Shown: positions 27,461-36,970, numbered from the stretch's first letter. The stretch is 64,000 bases of DNA from an uncultured Bacilli bacterium (GCA_934099115.1 CAKOPK010000004.1:13752-77751), one strand, 5' to 3'. Translations and numbers: made by a program. The notes: a model not told the origin generated them from the sequence alone.

Positions 27461-28549
27461 TTATAAAGTTTCTATATTTTCTGTTTTTTTATCATTTAAA
27501 TGGAATAAATCTTCTTCTAATATTACTCCTTGAATAGAAAGATAACTTCTTAAATGTTTGGTTGGATTATTAATTGTAAAGTTACCATCCAGTGTTTTTT
27601 GATAAATAGTATTAACTTGAGGTTTGTTATCTTCATCAACATAGAATTCACATATCTCCATAATCTCACGTTGAAATCTTCCAAGCTTTTCACTCATGTA
27701 TCCTTTTACATAGATACCAATTTGAACGTATCGATGAATTGTTGTAATAAATTGTTCTACATCAATGTTAGACTCAATTAAACTATACATACGCATTGGT
27801 ATTAAAGCTGCTTTATCTGAGTGGATAGTCGATATAATGTGGTGACCTGAAGAAATAGAGTTACGTACTGCCATAACGGCTTCCGCACTACGAACCTCGG
27901 ATAGTAAAATCCATATTGGGTTTTGTCTCATACAAGTAACTAATACATCTGAATAAGAAGCAATATTATTTGTTTTCATAGCTACTATATCACGATGTGG
28001 GAAGATACGGTCTAGATGTAGTTCTAGTGTATCTTCAATAGTAATAATTTTTTCATTTTCTTTAGTCGTGCTTGCTAAATATTTAACTAACTCTGTTTTA
28101 CCAGAACCAGTCTCTCCACTTACAATAATATTGGCATGTCCTTGAACGCACTTGAGTAAGAAATCTAGTAAATCAGCACTAACATATTCTTCTTTTAATA
28201 ATTTATCACGGTTTAAACGAATTTTTGCTGGAGTTTTACGTATAACTAATGCTACTCCATTCGTGGCAATCGATTCATGGACGAAATTAAGACGTAATTC
28301 TGTACTTTCAGCATCTAAAAAAGGATGTGCCATGTTGAATGTTTTTCCCATTACATTAGAACATTGGAATGCTAGCTTTTCTATTAATGCGTTATTAATT
28401 TCAGGTCTATCTACACGATAAACTCCTTTAGTTAACGATTTAAGCCATACTTGTCCCCCATTACTATACGAAATATCGGTAATATCATCTATATCGATAA
28501 ATTCTTTTAGTGGTCCAAAGTCTATTTGAGAAAATATTGCATCATTCAT
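27461..28549 (-). CDS. CpaF/TadA/VirB11-class secretion ATPase
   Basis: Walker A SGETGSGKTE, Walker B / Asp-box region PIWILLSEVRSAEA and His box SGHHIISTIHS. Length 362 aa. Confidence 0.85.
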   Translation of the reverse strand: MNDAIFSQIDFGPLKEFIDIDDITDISYSNGGQVWLKSLTKGVYRVDRPEINNALIEKLAFQCSNVMGKTFNMAHPFLDAESTELRLNFVHESIATNGVALVIRKTPAKIRLNRDKLLKEEYVSADLLDFLLKCVQGHANIIVSGETGSGKTELVKYLASTTKENEKIITIEDTLELHLDRIFPHRDIVAMKTNNIASYSDVLVTCMRQNPIWILLSEVRSAEAVMAVRNSISSGHHIISTIHSDKAALIPMRMYSLIESNIDVEQFITTIHRYVQIGIYVKGYMSEKLGRFQREIMEICEFYVDEDNKPQVNTIYQKTLDGNFTINNPTKHLRSYLSIQGVILEEDLFHLNDKKTENIETL

Positions 28550-28584
28550 TTAGACACCTCCTTTTTATATATATTCTTTTAATT

Positions 28585-29382
28585 TTATTGTACAACTTCG
28601 TCAGGGATATCTGAAGTATATTTTAATACTTCATTTCTTAAATATTCACTTGTTACTTTTGTTTCCCCTACTGTTGATGTATAAGTTTTATTGCCTGGTA
28701 CTGGAACTAAAGTAACATTATTTAAATATGTTGCTTTTGCTAATAATAAATATAGCTCTGATGGAACAGCAAATAATAATTCTGCTGGAACGCCAGTTTG
28801 AGTAGTTGCAAATACACTATTACCACTGCTATCGCGAACGTCTAAGATTGGTAATTTAGAAATAAATCTACCATATATTAACTTGCCGTCTGTAGATTGC
28901 ATTTTTACATATAAATCAATATAATCTCCAGGGTACATTGAATTACCATATGTGGTATGTAAATCAACTGGCAAACTAACTGGTGAGTAACCATCAGGCA
29001 TATCATTAAATACATTATTACTTATCGTATTACAAAGAGCAACTTGTTCTGTATAAAAGAATCCTCCCGTAGGAATACTAGTTCCGGTTTTAACACAATA
29101 AGGTTTTTCTGTACTTATAATATTATTTATATTTGTAATAAGAGTTTTGCTAGAGCTTACAAAAGATTGTAGTACTTCAATATTTCCTACGCTATCTTTT
29201 GTAATTTCACTGGTAGCAGTTAAACTCTTTTTGGCATAAGGTATTGATACTGTGTTAATTGCTTTCTTTACTTGATAATTATAACCTACATAAAGAACTA
29301 TAATACCTAATAAGACACCTAAAATAGTAACGGTATTTTTATTTGATAAAAATCTTTTAAAAGTAGCCACTATATTTCCCAT
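28585..29382 (-). CDS. CpaB/RcpC-like membrane-anchored assembly protein (tentative)
   Basis: N-terminal TM followed by a beta-rich domain. Its position directly upstream of the ATPase matches cpaB in monoderm Tad loci. Confidence 0.35.
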   Translation of the reverse strand: MGNIVATFKRFLSNKNTVTILGVLLGIIVLYVGYNYQVKKAINTVSIPYAKKSLTATSEITKDSVGNIEVLQSFVSSSKTLITNINNIISTEKPYCVKTGTSIPTGGFFYTEQVALCNTISNNVFNDMPDGYSPVSLPVDLHTTYGNSMYPGDYIDLYVKMQSTDGKLIYGRFISKLPILDVRDSSGNSVFATTQTGVPAELLFAVPSELYLLLAKATYLNNVTLVPVPGNKTYTSTVGETKVTSEYLRNEVLKYTSDIPDEVVQ

Positions 29383-29402
29383 TTTTATCCTCCTTCACTT
29401 TA

Positions 29403-29813
29403 TTAAGATACTACTTCTTCAGCAAAAATCTGAATAATAGCATCTGCTCTACTTGTTACATCATAACCACTTTGAACAAAATTTGTTCCACTGCTGCTTT
29501 TTACTTCTACGCTAACTTTTGGTGGAGCTTCATAAATTCCGTAAAAATTAACTTGATAAGTCTCACTAGTACCCATAGCTTCTGCAAGCATTCTAACAAA
29601 TACTTCCATAAATTTCTCTTTATTAATTTTTACTTCATTATAGTCACGATAATAACCATAGTCTACAGCCTCTAACATTGAAGCTTCTGTAATTTCTTTT
29701 AAACTATAATAATCTTGGGTAGTGGTAGTTGTAATACCTTGTACCGAAATCATTAAACCAATGATGGCAACACCCATTACAACTAACCAATAACCCCAAT
29801 AAGAACTTTGCAT
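29403..29813 (-). CDS. Small N-terminally anchored protein of unknown function
   Basis: 136 aa with one N-terminal hydrophobic helix (YWLVVMGVAIIGLMISV). Its position suggests a minor-pilin or TadE-type role, but no motif supports this. Confidence 0.4.
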   Translation of the reverse strand: MQSSYWGYWLVVMGVAIIGLMISVQGITTTTTQDYYSLKEITEASMLEAVDYGYYRDYNEVKINKEKFMEVFVRMLAEAMGTSETYQVNFYGIYEAPPKVSVEVKSSSGTNFVQSGYDVTSRADAIIQIFAEEVVS

Positions 29814-29831
29814 ACTTTAAAACTCCCCTTT

Positions 29832-32800
29832 CTACTTCCAAGATGGACCAAGCATATCATTTTCAGAAATTCGCTCTGTCCATAGAGTAAAGTAATCTTT
29901 ATTATCACTTGATACTGTACGATACTTATCATTAGCGATTAAACTATCGCTTGATACAATATTATTACCATACTTACCATCTAGTAAATCACTAATAAAT
30001 GAACTATAACATGCTACTCTTTCATAGCCATCGATAGAATAACAACTCATTGTAGAATTAGAATATCCTCCTGAATCTTCTTCAGAGTCATTGTAAGCTT
30101 TAATTACTCTAGCCGTAGAAGGATCAATAGTAATACTTAATATTGGTGTACTATCATATATAGCATTACCAGTATTTTGGATTTCTGAAATTGTGCTTCC
30201 TGCTTTTGAGTTTACATTAGCATTCCAGTTATAAGAATTTGTACCATTTGGAAATAAATTACTTAATGAAACGGTTTTCTCTACTAATGATGTGCCTGCA
30301 TCTTCGTCGTAGATACATCCAAGTCCAATACAGTCTGCTACACAGTTTCCACCATCACATGCTGTATCACAATTTGGACCAATACAATCAAAATCACAAT
30401 TTCCTTTACAACTGTTGAAATCACATACTAATTTATCTTGATCTGTAATTGGCATATTAACTAAATAAGAACAATTATATTCAAGTTTATTAGGATCTAT
30501 AACAGCACTACTTGCACCGACATATCTACCCAGATTATTCTTAGAACTAATACTATAGAATTCTCCTAAATTTTCAATATTTACACTATATTTATAAATA
30601 CCACGTTTTGTATTTAATGCTACTGGAAGTTTATTTGTTAATTCAACGCTATTATCAGATTTATTAACTGTTATTTCTCCACTTGGATATACATTATAGA
30701 ATAATGTTGCAGGTTTATATTCTGCTGAAATAACTGAAGTAGTTTTCTTATATGTTGCATCAGAAATATCTTTATAATCTGTATAACAACCGTTAGTAGT
30801 ACATACTGTATATGCAATAGATGTCTTACGGTATCCTGTTAAAGATGTTGAACAACTTGTGTAAGCTTTATCATTAATTTTAGCAGCTGTGTAAAATCCA
30901 TTGCTACTAGCTGTACCATTGCAATACCATTCAGATGAACTAATTGTAGATTTTGTTTCATCCATCTTTCCTTCTAAATTGAATTTTTCTAAATATTTTT
31001 CGTCATAGTCATAATAAACGTTAGGATCATAATTAATTTCAGAAGACCATCCAGAACATTCATTATATTCTTTTATGATTGCCTCATATTTTTCCTTTGC
31101 AGCTTGTAATGCATTTTTAGCACTTTGGAGATTTTTGGCTATATTATCTTTTAGAGTACTTTCTTTTCCACTAATTCCATCATGGCAACTAGCATAACAA
31201 CATCCACTTCTACAATAGCCTGAAACATGGCCATCTTCATAATAACTTGCATATTCTTTTTCACTAGATATTGAAATAGTTCCTGTATTATAATTCTTTG
31301 ATCTATCTTTTACATAAAAGCTTGTATATTTTGCATCTTCTACAAAATATTCTGTCCAGACGTTGGTTTGATCAGAAGCGCTGCAAGTGCAACTGCAAGA
31401 TCTATTTTTTCCACTACCAGAGCATTTTCTACAACATGGGCTAGCACTTCTTTGCTCATCTCTACTCTTGATAGGTTCTGAATCTAATGCTACCCATTTT
31501 AAGTATTCTGTGTAAGCATCAACCATAGCTACCTGAGCATCCACAATATCTTTATTATATTTATCTCTGTCAATTGTATTTGTATAACATGTTTTAGTGC
31601 CTTCTACTTTGGCTTTGAATGTAAAGTATCTTCCTGCATTTACTAGTTTAGCGGTAGGCATTGTCATTGCATAATCTTCTTTACAAGAGACTGAGCAATA
31701 GGCATTTGATTTCATTTCTGCTAAAGTAAATGAATTATCTTTTTGATCCTTTACGCCTTCAACATTGGCATTATTTTTATATGTTCCATCACCATTTTGC
31801 TGTGCTTGAGAGTCCATTTTAGAAACGAAACATGCTTTTATTTCACTTTCTTCTACTCCGTTTATTCCAACTTCATGATTATCTAATGTAGAAACTATTA
31901 AGTTGTTTGAAGAGTCACAACACTCGAAAGTATCAGCGACAGTTTTACATGTAACTTCACAAACTTCTGCATATTTTTCTTCGTCACATTCGCTCGAATT
32001 TGGATTTATATCGCATGCTGCTTTTATCCAAGAACAATCACCACAGTTAGATTCTTTTAATTCTTGACATGCGTTACTATTTAAATTTCTTGAATTAACA
32101 CAAGCGGTAATTAAATCATCACAATTGCAAGCTTCGATTAGATAAGTTTCATACGATGAAGTCCAAGGTGCTTCAAGTGAATTTTGACCTTTTTCAATTC
32201 CGATATATCTTTGAGCTTCTGCTTCTCCAGAATACCAGATAACTGCAATATAATCACCAAAATTTCCAAAATTGCTTGCACTATTTATTCCGGAAATTGA
32301 ATATTTGATTGGGGATTGTCCACATTTTAAAACGCTAATGTTAGAATCTGTGGAAGATTTCCATCCTTCAAAGTGAACTGTAATTTTTACTGTCATATCT
32401 TTTCCTGGGGTTACATAACCATCACCAACTAGATTTTGGCCTAAAATTGCTTTTACTTGATCTACTCCAGAAATAACATTTCCACCTTCGAATTCTATAT
32501 TTGAAATGTAAGCTGTTAAGCCATCATAATTACCATCTAGATTAACTCCAGTACCAGTAGTTCCAGCATTAATTATAAATTTATCTGTGGAATTAAAATC
32601 ATATATTTTGATTTCATGGACTACATCTTTGGATATGAACTCATTTCCTTTTTCACCAGTAGTTGTAATCTCTGATGCTGTTGGAGAAGTTTTAGTATCA
32701 ACTTTTCCAGTAGCATCAGAAAAATCATTTAAGAAGTCAGCAGCATCTATTAATGCTGTATTAAAATAGCTTTGTGCGTCATTCACTGGTGACCCTGTAT

Positions 32801-33503
32801 AGTAATAATTATTATCTATGCTTTTAACATTTGTTAATGGTGTTAAACCAGCATTTTTAAAGGCTTGATTTAAAGTGTTAAATGCAGATGGATCATTTTT
32901 AATCCAATTTTGGACAGTTGTAAGGCCTGCATAATAAGCATTTTTATAATCGGTATTTGCATTATTGTAATATCCATATAAATAAGTTATTCCTCTTATT
33001 GCTTGCAATCTTGCCCAGTAATCGCTTAGATTGCTATCATTTACACTTAAAATTGGGTTAGATCCACTAGCAGTTAAAACGCTCATGATTGCATAGTCGA
33101 ATGATTGTAATTTTTTACTAGAATCAGCAGTAAGTAAAAATCTTTCGGCGTATAATGTGTTTCCACCTTCATATTGAGCATCCAAGCAATATAGAGCAGA
33201 CGCTTTATCGTTATAAGCTCCGTAATAATACTTTCTATTTGAACTTCCAAAATGAGTAGTAACTCCTATATCTGTATAGAAATTACGACCTTTATTGTAA
33301 TAAATTTTAGTTGTTTGGGTACTTGATTTTAAATATTTAAGATTTCCGCCAGATGTTTTAATAACGCCATGAATTGCTCCTATACGGCAGCGATTATTAT
33401 CTAAATCACCACATTCACCATCAGCATAAACATTTGATGTAAAACCAAAAGTTACAATGCATAAGATAATAAATAAACTAGTATTTTTTAAGATATTTTT
33501 CAT
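29832..33503 (-). CDS. Giant secreted cysteine-rich protein
   Basis: 1223 aa with a signal peptide ending ...NVYA. By hand count it has about 45-50 Cys, concentrated in clusters (CNCDDLITAC..., SPCCRKCSGSGKNRSCSCTCS, YCRSGCCYASC, CDFNSCKGNCDFDCIGPNCDTACDGGNCVADCIGLGC). No anchor or sorting signal. Confidence 0.75.
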   Translation of the reverse strand: MKNILKNTSLFIILCIVTFGFTSNVYADGECGDLDNNRCRIGAIHGVIKTSGGNLKYLKSSTQTTKIYYNKGRNFYTDIGVTTHFGSSNRKYYYGAYNDKASALYCLDAQYEGGNTLYAERFLLTADSSKKLQSFDYAIMSVLTASGSNPILSVNDSNLSDYWARLQAIRGITYLYGYYNNANTDYKNAYYAGLTTVQNWIKNDPSAFNTLNQAFKNAGLTPLTNVKSIDNNYYYTGSPVNDAQSYFNTALIDAADFLNDFSDATGKVDTKTSPTASEITTTGEKGNEFISKDVVHEIKIYDFNSTDKFIINAGTTGTGVNLDGNYDGLTAYISNIEFEGGNVISGVDQVKAILGQNLVGDGYVTPGKDMTVKITVHFEGWKSSTDSNISVLKCGQSPIKYSISGINSASNFGNFGDYIAVIWYSGEAEAQRYIGIEKGQNSLEAPWTSSYETYLIEACNCDDLITACVNSRNLNSNACQELKESNCGDCSWIKAACDINPNSSECDEEKYAEVCEVTCKTVADTFECCDSSNNLIVSTLDNHEVGINGVEESEIKACFVSKMDSQAQQNGDGTYKNNANVEGVKDQKDNSFTLAEMKSNAYCSVSCKEDYAMTMPTAKLVNAGRYFTFKAKVEGTKTCYTNTIDRDKYNKDIVDAQVAMVDAYTEYLKWVALDSEPIKSRDEQRSASPCCRKCSGSGKNRSCSCTCSASDQTNVWTEYFVEDAKYTSFYVKDRSKNYNTGTISISSEKEYASYYEDGHVSGYCRSGCCYASCHDGISGKESTLKDNIAKNLQSAKNALQAAKEKYEAIIKEYNECSGWSSEINYDPNVYYDYDEKYLEKFNLEGKMDETKSTISSSEWYCNGTASSNGFYTAAKINDKAYTSCSTSLTGYRKTSIAYTVCTTNGCYTDYKDISDATYKKTTSVISAEYKPATLFYNVYPSGEITVNKSDNSVELTNKLPVALNTKRGIYKYSVNIENLGEFYSISSKNNLGRYVGASSAVIDPNKLEYNCSYLVNMPITDQDKLVCDFNSCKGNCDFDCIGPNCDTACDGGNCVADCIGLGCIYDEDAGTSLVEKTVSLSNLFPNGTNSYNWNANVNSKAGSTISEIQNTGNAIYDSTPILSITIDPSTARVIKAYNDSEEDSGGYSNSTMSCYSIDGYERVACYSSFISDLLDGKYGNNIVSSDSLIANDKYRTVSSDNKDYFTLWTERISENDMLGPSWK

Positions 33504-34255
33504 ACTATCCTACTCCTTTGTTTTTTTACTATTATCGTTGTAACTAGTCCCCCTACTGCAATAATTCCTACTGAAGTAACAATAATTATTGCTTTATGTT
33601 CTTTTAAAAATTCTTTAAAACCTTTTTTCTTTTCATCTTTTTTGATTTCTTCTCCATTATCATCTACATTACCAGCTTTGTATTTTTCTACTAAGCTTTC
33701 GAAATTATCAAAAGATACATCTACTGATAAATAAGGATGACATAAGTAAAAATTTTCTATTCCATTACACATAACAGATTCACTATAATTATTATACATC
33801 GGTGTAGTCAGTGCTAAGCTATAAAGTTTGGTGTCAGGGCAACCTGTATTGCTAGAACTGTATACATCAATTGTATAATTGTTAATTATAACTGCTAATG
33901 CTTCATCAAAATATACTGTACCATTATCAGAATCACTATATCGGTAGGTTTTGCTTTCTTTGGTAGCTTGATCTGTTACTACTACATATAAATCTTCTGT
34001 TAAATTGGTAATAGATATTCGAAAAAACTTTCTTTTTACTACATAATTTTCAAACTCTTCTTCAGAAAGTCCATCAGGAAAATTGTAATTTTCACCTACT
34101 TCAATTTCTTTTTCAATTACCTCATAATTTGCTCCTACATTAACTGCTAAACTATTTAGTTTATTTTGCTCTTCAGCAGAGCATGCAGCATCTACATTTG
34201 TAAGGCAAATTAGAAAGGTAGCTAGGCTTAATAAACAACCTTTAAATTTTTTCAT
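33500..34255 (-). CDS. Secreted protein with a C-terminal membrane anchor
   Basis: Signal peptide (…LTNVDA) and a C-terminal TM plus basic tail (IIIVTSVGIIAVGGLVTTIIVKKQRSRIV). ATGA overlap with the next gene. The ATG at 34255 is preferred to the upstream TTG. Confidence 0.55.
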   Translation of the reverse strand: MKKFKGCLLSLATFLICLTNVDAACSAEEQNKLNSLAVNVGANYEVIEKEIEVGENYNFPDGLSEEEFENYVVKRKFFRISITNLTEDLYVVVTDQATKESKTYRYSDSDNGTVYFDEALAVIINNYTIDVYSSSNTGCPDTKLYSLALTTPMYNNYSESVMCNGIENFYLCHPYLSVDVSFDNFESLVEKYKAGNVDDNGEEIKKDEKKKGFKEFLKEHKAIIIVTSVGIIAVGGLVTTIIVKKQRSRIV

Positions 34256-34279
34256 AGTATACACCAACCTCTAATCCAA

Positions 34280-34308
34280 ATTATAGCATATTTCATAATT
34301 ATTTACAA
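34280..34308 (-). promoter_or_regulatory. Putative sigma-A promoter of the Tad-like operon
   Basis: On the minus strand, TTGTAA, a 17-nt spacer, then TATAAT, between the terminator of the SPKTG gene and the first operon gene. Confidence 0.5.
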
Positions 34309-34321
34309 CAAAAAACAAAAG

Positions 34322-34357
34322 GGTGCAAAAAACAAAAAATAGCATCGCTGCTATTTT
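34322..34357 (-). terminator. Rho-independent terminator of the SPKTG surface protein gene
   Basis: Minus-strand hairpin AAAATAGCA-gcga-TGCTATTTT followed by TTGTTTTTT. It overlaps the stop codon. Confidence 0.7.
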
Positions 34358-35021
34358 AAAGTTTATAGAATTTGCTTGACTTTTTAGTGTATAAATAAAC
34401 ACAAGCTACAGCAAGTAATCCCCCGCCGATTGCAACATATGGAACTACACTTCCTGTTTTAGGGCTTGGAACATCATTATTCTTATCGTCTGTTGTAGTA
34501 TTTCCACAAATAGAATTATATTCTTCTGCAGTAATTATTTTACCACTCTTATCGAAATAAGTATTATCAATTTGTGTACATGCTAGTGGTAATGGTGCAA
34601 AAGATATCTGACAAGCACTTTCGGAATTTGAAGTGTCTCCTGTAAAGTCTGCTATAACCGTAAATAATTCTTTTTGAGTGCCATTTAGTACTTGGCCATC
34701 TTTGGTTTTCATTAAGACTGTAACAGAGCCATCATCATTCTTTTCTTCAGAAACTTTTTCAAAATAAGTACTTGAATAAGTAATTGTTATATTGTCTACA
34801 TTGGTAATTGGTTGTATTTGCATGTAAACATATCCAGCTGCATTTGTTTTGCTTACATAATAGATTTGAGTTACCTTAGGATTGGCACTAGACCATCCTG
34901 TTTCATCAATTGCAGTACCATAAAGCTTATCATTCTTACTTTTTATTTCTGCACTAACATTATTAGGCATTATAGTAAGCATCATAAACATTAAACACAT
35001 AACAGTTAAAATTTTTTTCAT
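34356..35021 (-). CDS. Cell-wall-sorted surface protein with an SPKTG sorting signal
   Basis: Signal peptide ...NNVSA. The C-terminus has SPKTG, a hydrophobic stretch and a KKSSKFYKL tail, matching the (S/P)PXTG signals recognised by clostridial class B sortases. Confidence 0.75.
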   Translation of the reverse strand: MKKILTVMCLMFMMLTIMPNNVSAEIKSKNDKLYGTAIDETGWSSANPKVTQIYYVSKTNAAGYVYMQIQPITNVDNITITYSSTYFEKVSEEKNDDGSVTVLMKTKDGQVLNGTQKELFTVIADFTGDTSNSESACQISFAPLPLACTQIDNTYFDKSGKIITAEEYNSICGNTTTDDKNNDVPSPKTGSVVPYVAIGGGLLAVACVYLYTKKSSKFYKL

Positions 35022-35153
35022 TTCAATAACCTCTCTTTGCTATTACTATTATGACACAATTATAACATAAAAATGTAAAAAAGAAAGAATTTTTTCGAAA
35101 ATTTATAAAAAAATATGTCAATCTATGATATTATTAGAATGGAGGCTAATTCT

Positions 35154-36758
35154 ATGAAGAAGATTTTAATAAATATCGAAAATAATACTATTTGTTTTGC
35201 TTATAAAACTAGTCATCATAAAATTAATAATGACTTAATTAATACTAATATCATTAGTAATAATGAACTTATATTTAGTGATATTTATATAGAACAAAAT
35301 AAAAAAATATTGACTTCTTTTATAAAAGAATTAACTGTTCAATATCATATTAATAAAGTAATTGTTAAAGAATTAGATTTAGCTTTCTTAGTCATTAGTT
35401 TACTAAATAAATGTACTGAAGTAACTTCCTTATATATTATAGAAGATGACCCTATTACTTATCAGATTTGTGAAGCAATTATTAATAATAAAAATATAAA
35501 AGAAGTTAATTGCTATTCAATTCAAAGATTTATGATAGAAATATTAGATAAAAATGGTATAGAATGTACTTCTAGGTCAGAAATATTATATATTAGTAAT
35601 TTTATGGAAAAAAATAATTTGCTGTCTTTTTCTAATATTTATTATAAAACTAATATTAGAATTACTCTTCCCCTTTCTTTAGAAGACTTAAAAGATTTTG
35701 AAGAATTTTGTAAAATTAACAAATACTTAAAGTGTATTCATATTAATAAACTTATTAATACAGAATTAGAAAATATTATAAAAATATTAATAAATATTAA
35801 TAAGAAAAATATAAAAATAGTTATTCATGAAAATATTAATGATGAAAAAACTATTAATTATTTAAAAGACTTAAATAAAAAATATAAGAAAAAATATAAA
35901 ATAATTTTATCTTTAGAATATTCTAAAGAATATCTTGATAAGAATATTTTTAGACAAACAATAGTGAATTTATTAAGAGTTTGTGGTTTAATCGTTTCTA
36001 GTTTAGTTATCTTGGTTATTACTTATATTGGAGTATCTAACTATGTGGCTTTAAAACAAGTTACAGCGATTAAAGATGATTTAAAAAAGGTTGTTGATAA
36101 TACCAACGTTCAAGATATTATTCAAGATAAAGAGGAAGAAAATAGGCAGAATGCTATTATAGAAGAAGTTCCAGAAGAAGATGTTAAAAAAATAATTAAT
36201 AATGATTTAGCCGCTTTATTAAGTGTTAATGAAGATGTAGTTGGAGAGTTAAAAGTAAATAATACTAATGTAGATTATCCTGTTGTTCAAGCAAAAGATA
36301 ATGATTATTATTTAGGCCATAATATTAATAAAGAAAAGAATGCTAATGGTTGGGTATTTTTAGATTATCGTAATAATAGTATGAATCTTGATAAGAATAA
36401 TATTATTTATGGACATAATATGTATTATAGTGGTGTTATGTTTGGAACTCTTCATAAGACTTCTAATAAAAGTTGGTATACAAATCCTGATAATCAAATT
36501 ATTACTTATAATACTTTATATGAAAATATGAAATTTAAAATATTTTCTATTTATAGAGTTCCTAAAACAAATGATTATTTAAAAGTATATTTTGAAGATG
36601 ATAATGATTTCTTAGATTTTATTAAAATGATAACGGACCGAAGTATTTATGGCTTTAATGTTCCTGTATTTGCAAGTGACAAGATTCTTACTCTTTCTAC
36701 CTGTTCTAATAATGGTACTAAAAGATTAGTTATACATGCAGTGCTCGTTAATGAATAA
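35154..36758 (+). CDS. srtB: Class B sortase fused to an N-terminal cytoplasmic domain of about 280 aa
   Basis: The C-terminal domain has IIYGHNM (His), TLSTCS (Cys) and KRLVIHA (Arg). A TM lies at about residues 283-305 of the track ORF. The start is set at the ATG 9 nt after GGAGG. Confidence 0.8.
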   Translation: MKKILINIENNTICFAYKTSHHKINNDLINTNIISNNELIFSDIYIEQNKKILTSFIKELTVQYHINKVIVKELDLAFLVISLLNKCTEVTSLYIIEDDPITYQICEAIINNKNIKEVNCYSIQRFMIEILDKNGIECTSRSEILYISNFMEKNNLLSFSNIYYKTNIRITLPLSLEDLKDFEEFCKINKYLKCIHINKLINTELENIIKILININKKNIKIVIHENINDEKTINYLKDLNKKYKKKYKIILSLEYSKEYLDKNIFRQTIVNLLRVCGLIVSSLVILVITYIGVSNYVALKQVTAIKDDLKKVVDNTNVQDIIQDKEEENRQNAIIEEVPEEDVKKIINNDLAALLSVNEDVVGELKVNNTNVDYPVVQAKDNDYYLGHNINKEKNANGWVFLDYRNNSMNLDKNNIIYGHNMYYSGVMFGTLHKTSNKSWYTNPDNQIITYNTLYENMKFKIFSIYRVPKTNDYLKVYFEDDNDFLDFIKMITDRSIYGFNVPVFASDKILTLSTCSNNGTKRLVIHAVLVNE

Positions 36759-36764
36759 TATTTA

Positions 36765-36801
36765 AAAAACTATTCTTAAATTTGTTTCAAGAATAGTTTT
36801 T
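36765..36801. terminator. Bidirectional terminator after the sortase gene
   Basis: AAAAACTATTCTT-aaatttgtttc-AAGAATAGTTTTT, a stem flanked by an A-run and a T-run. Confidence 0.7.
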
Positions 36802-36970
36802 ATTTTAAATTTTCTGTAATGCTTATAAAAAAGTCTTTGCTCCAGATATTAAGGCTATCAACATCTTTTATGAATGGAATAACATCCTCTTTGCTTCCTG
36901 AGATAATTTCGTATCTTTATTTAAATAATTTACCAGTTTATTTTTCATGATATTATTAGTAATTATCATA

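Noticed and set aside
25108-36800. Tad-like locus as a genomic island integrated at tRNA-Asn
   Set aside because: The tRNA is on the minus strand, so its 3' end (the usual integration target) faces addB, away from the Tad-like locus. No repeat of the tRNA 3' end and no integrase were found.
36868-36948. 26-codon minus-strand ORF (MKNKLVNYLNKDTKLSQEAKRMLFHS) and a 43-codon plus-strand ORF in the spacer after the sortase gene
   Set aside because: They are too short, lack an RBS and match no recognisable motif. They may be relics of a degraded gene, but this cannot be supported.
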